Of a DNA stretch of 64,000 bases, positions 62,846-64,000 are shown in pieces. The notes under the pieces are model-generated. The model had not been told where the DNA came from and searched no databases. It was given only the letters and a program-made list of their open reading frames with translations. Both the position numbers and the translations under genes were made by a program. Each line of letters starts with the position of its first letter. Position 1 is the first letter of the stretch. The stretch comes from Podarcis cretensis (taxonomy: Eukaryota): positions 47,802,001-47,866,000 of the forward strand of contig OX638151.1 in the NCBI GenBank assembly GCA_951804945.1, given 5' to 3'.

Positions 62846-63329
62846 GTAAGTATAGCAAACTTCAGCTTCAAACTTTAGAAAATGTCTTTGCAACAGTTTT
62901 GGGCCTGCTTTTGGGTCAAATCTTAATATCATTCATGTTTCTCACAACTGAGAATGAAGTGTTGTTGGAATGAAGAAGTTATAGAATCTGTACATAAAAA
63001 TAAAATAAAATTGTATACCCCCCCCCGAATGAGTTCTCATAAGTGATAAGGGCTGCCTAACCCATATCAAATTGTGGAATTCCTTGCCCTCTGGCACCAG
63101 GGCCAGGTACCACTTATCTCTATGGAAACAAGTGTTACGTTTTCTCTTCCAGTTACCTGTTTTAAACTGCCATTCTGTTTTTATTGGAAGATTGCAGCCA
63201 GATTGTCTGCGTCAAGATTAGTTTTACCCCACAGTAAGAGATGCGTCTTATAATTGGAAACAATCATTCAAAGGGGTGCTGAGATTTTTAGAAATATGCT
63301 AAACCTGTATTTCCTATGTGTTTCTTCAG

Positions 63330-63545
63330 CAAACAGCAGTGATAGTGAAGAACTTTCTGCTGGAGAAAGTATCATCAAATCTCAGCCAGCAAAATCAGTT
63401 CCTGCAGCAATGAAGTCTCAGAATACCAAATCTCCAGCAAGAACACAGTCTCCAGGAAAGTGTGGCAAAAATGGAGAGAAGGATTCTGATCTCAAGGAAC
63501 AGAACAATCGCTTGCCAAAACTTTACAAATGGAGTTTTCAGATGT
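63330..63545 (+). CDS. ARID4B: ARID4B exon 22
   Basis: cttcag|CA...ATGT|gtaagt; 216 nt; NSSDSEELSAGESIIKSQ...RLPKLYKWSFQM. Confidence 0.96.
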
Positions 63546-63667
63546 GTAAGTATGGATTTCTTGTTGCTGTGCCTGCACTTTTGAATGTGTACCTTCTGCA
63601 ACCCCAAGGTTGTTGGAGGGGCAAGGGAATGACCCATGTTAGCCTGTTTTGCAACAAAGGCAAAGAC

Positions 63668-63771
63668 GTTTGTAGTATTTTAAAGACTTAAGAGATTTAT
63701 TATAGCATAAACTTTCACGTTGCATCTAATGAAGCAGACCCTTTGCCTTGAAATCTTATGGCAAAATAAAT
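63668..63771. mobile_element. Old Penelope-like remnant in inverted arrangement with decayed hammerhead
   Basis: TTTAAAGACT...ATTTATT..GCATAAACTTTC (minus arm) followed by GCAT-CTAATGA-...-GAAATCTT-ATG...AAATAAAT (plus arm). Confidence 0.5.
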
Positions 63772-63778
63772 ATACATA

Positions 63779-63820
63779 GGTGGTTGGTTGGTTGGTTGGT
63801 TGGTTGGTTGGTTGGTTGGT
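63779..63820. repeat. (GGTT)n microsatellite
   Basis: Direct reading. Confidence 0.97.
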
Positions 63821-64000
63821 TTTTGTGGGTGGTGATTATTTGATTCCTAGTGGCAGTAGCTACTGATACAAGAATAACCTTGATAAGTAGACTCATCCAG
63901 TCTTCCCAGTTTTCTATAAAGAATCATTTATTTCTTAACACTGCCCAATTTTTATTTAATTAAATCTAGAATTTGTATAATGCTATAAATTTGTTGCATC

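Larger units (their letters stand above)
13985..63545 (+). other. ARID4B: ARID4B gene body, partial (20 coding exons; start exon and last exons outside window)
   Basis: Spliced translation runs [26 protein letters not shown]...LPKLYKWSFQM with no stop. It matches ARID4B rather than ARID4A (HDSSTVEVQDDHIKGPLK, KDVWSSIQGQWPKKTLKELFSDSDTEAAASPP). All phases are consistent. Confidence 0.97.

Noticed and set aside
2244-63691. Most ORF-track entries of 60-145 aa
   Set aside because: They are chance frames in introns, antisense frames over exons, or repeat-derived; only those overlapping ARID4B exons or L2/CR1/DIRS fragments carry recognisable motifs.
1-64000. CRISPR arrays, operons or prokaryotic defence systems
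   Set aside because: The sequence is a spliced vertebrate gene; no repeat-spacer array or bacterial gene structure is present.

Overview
This is vertebrate, not prokaryotic, DNA. The Sauria SINEs point to a squamate lizard, probably a lacertid (inferred from the repeat families). The whole window lies inside one + strand gene, ARID4B (SAP180/RBP1L1, a SIN3A-HDAC complex subunit). I traced 20 consecutive coding exons by hand (13985-63545; 3592 nt, about 1197 codons, all splice phases consistent). They correspond to human exons 3-22 as recalled and cover the Tudor, RBB1NT/PWWP, ARID and chromo-barrel domains and the long acidic/Ser-rich region. The ATG exon, promoter and last exons appear to lie outside the window. 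Introns are full of transposon debris: Sauria SINEs, CR1 and L2 fragments, Tc1/Tigger and hAT MITEs, Penelope-like elements and probable DIRS remnants. There is one 132-nt assembly gap. Most ORF-track entries are spurious. The most interesting items are: (1) a young Penelope-like inverted-repeat insertion (6300-6806) carrying a minimal hammerhead ribozyme motif in each arm, one in the sense of the ARID4B pre-mRNA; (2) a GC-AG intron; (3) a (TTA)n microsatellite acting as a splice-acceptor tract; (4) a frame-symmetric chromo-barrel exon with a weak acceptor; (5) several DIRS-like fossils, all in host-gene orientation. I see no evidence of a wholly new biological system. Homology calls come from memory of known sequences, not from searches.
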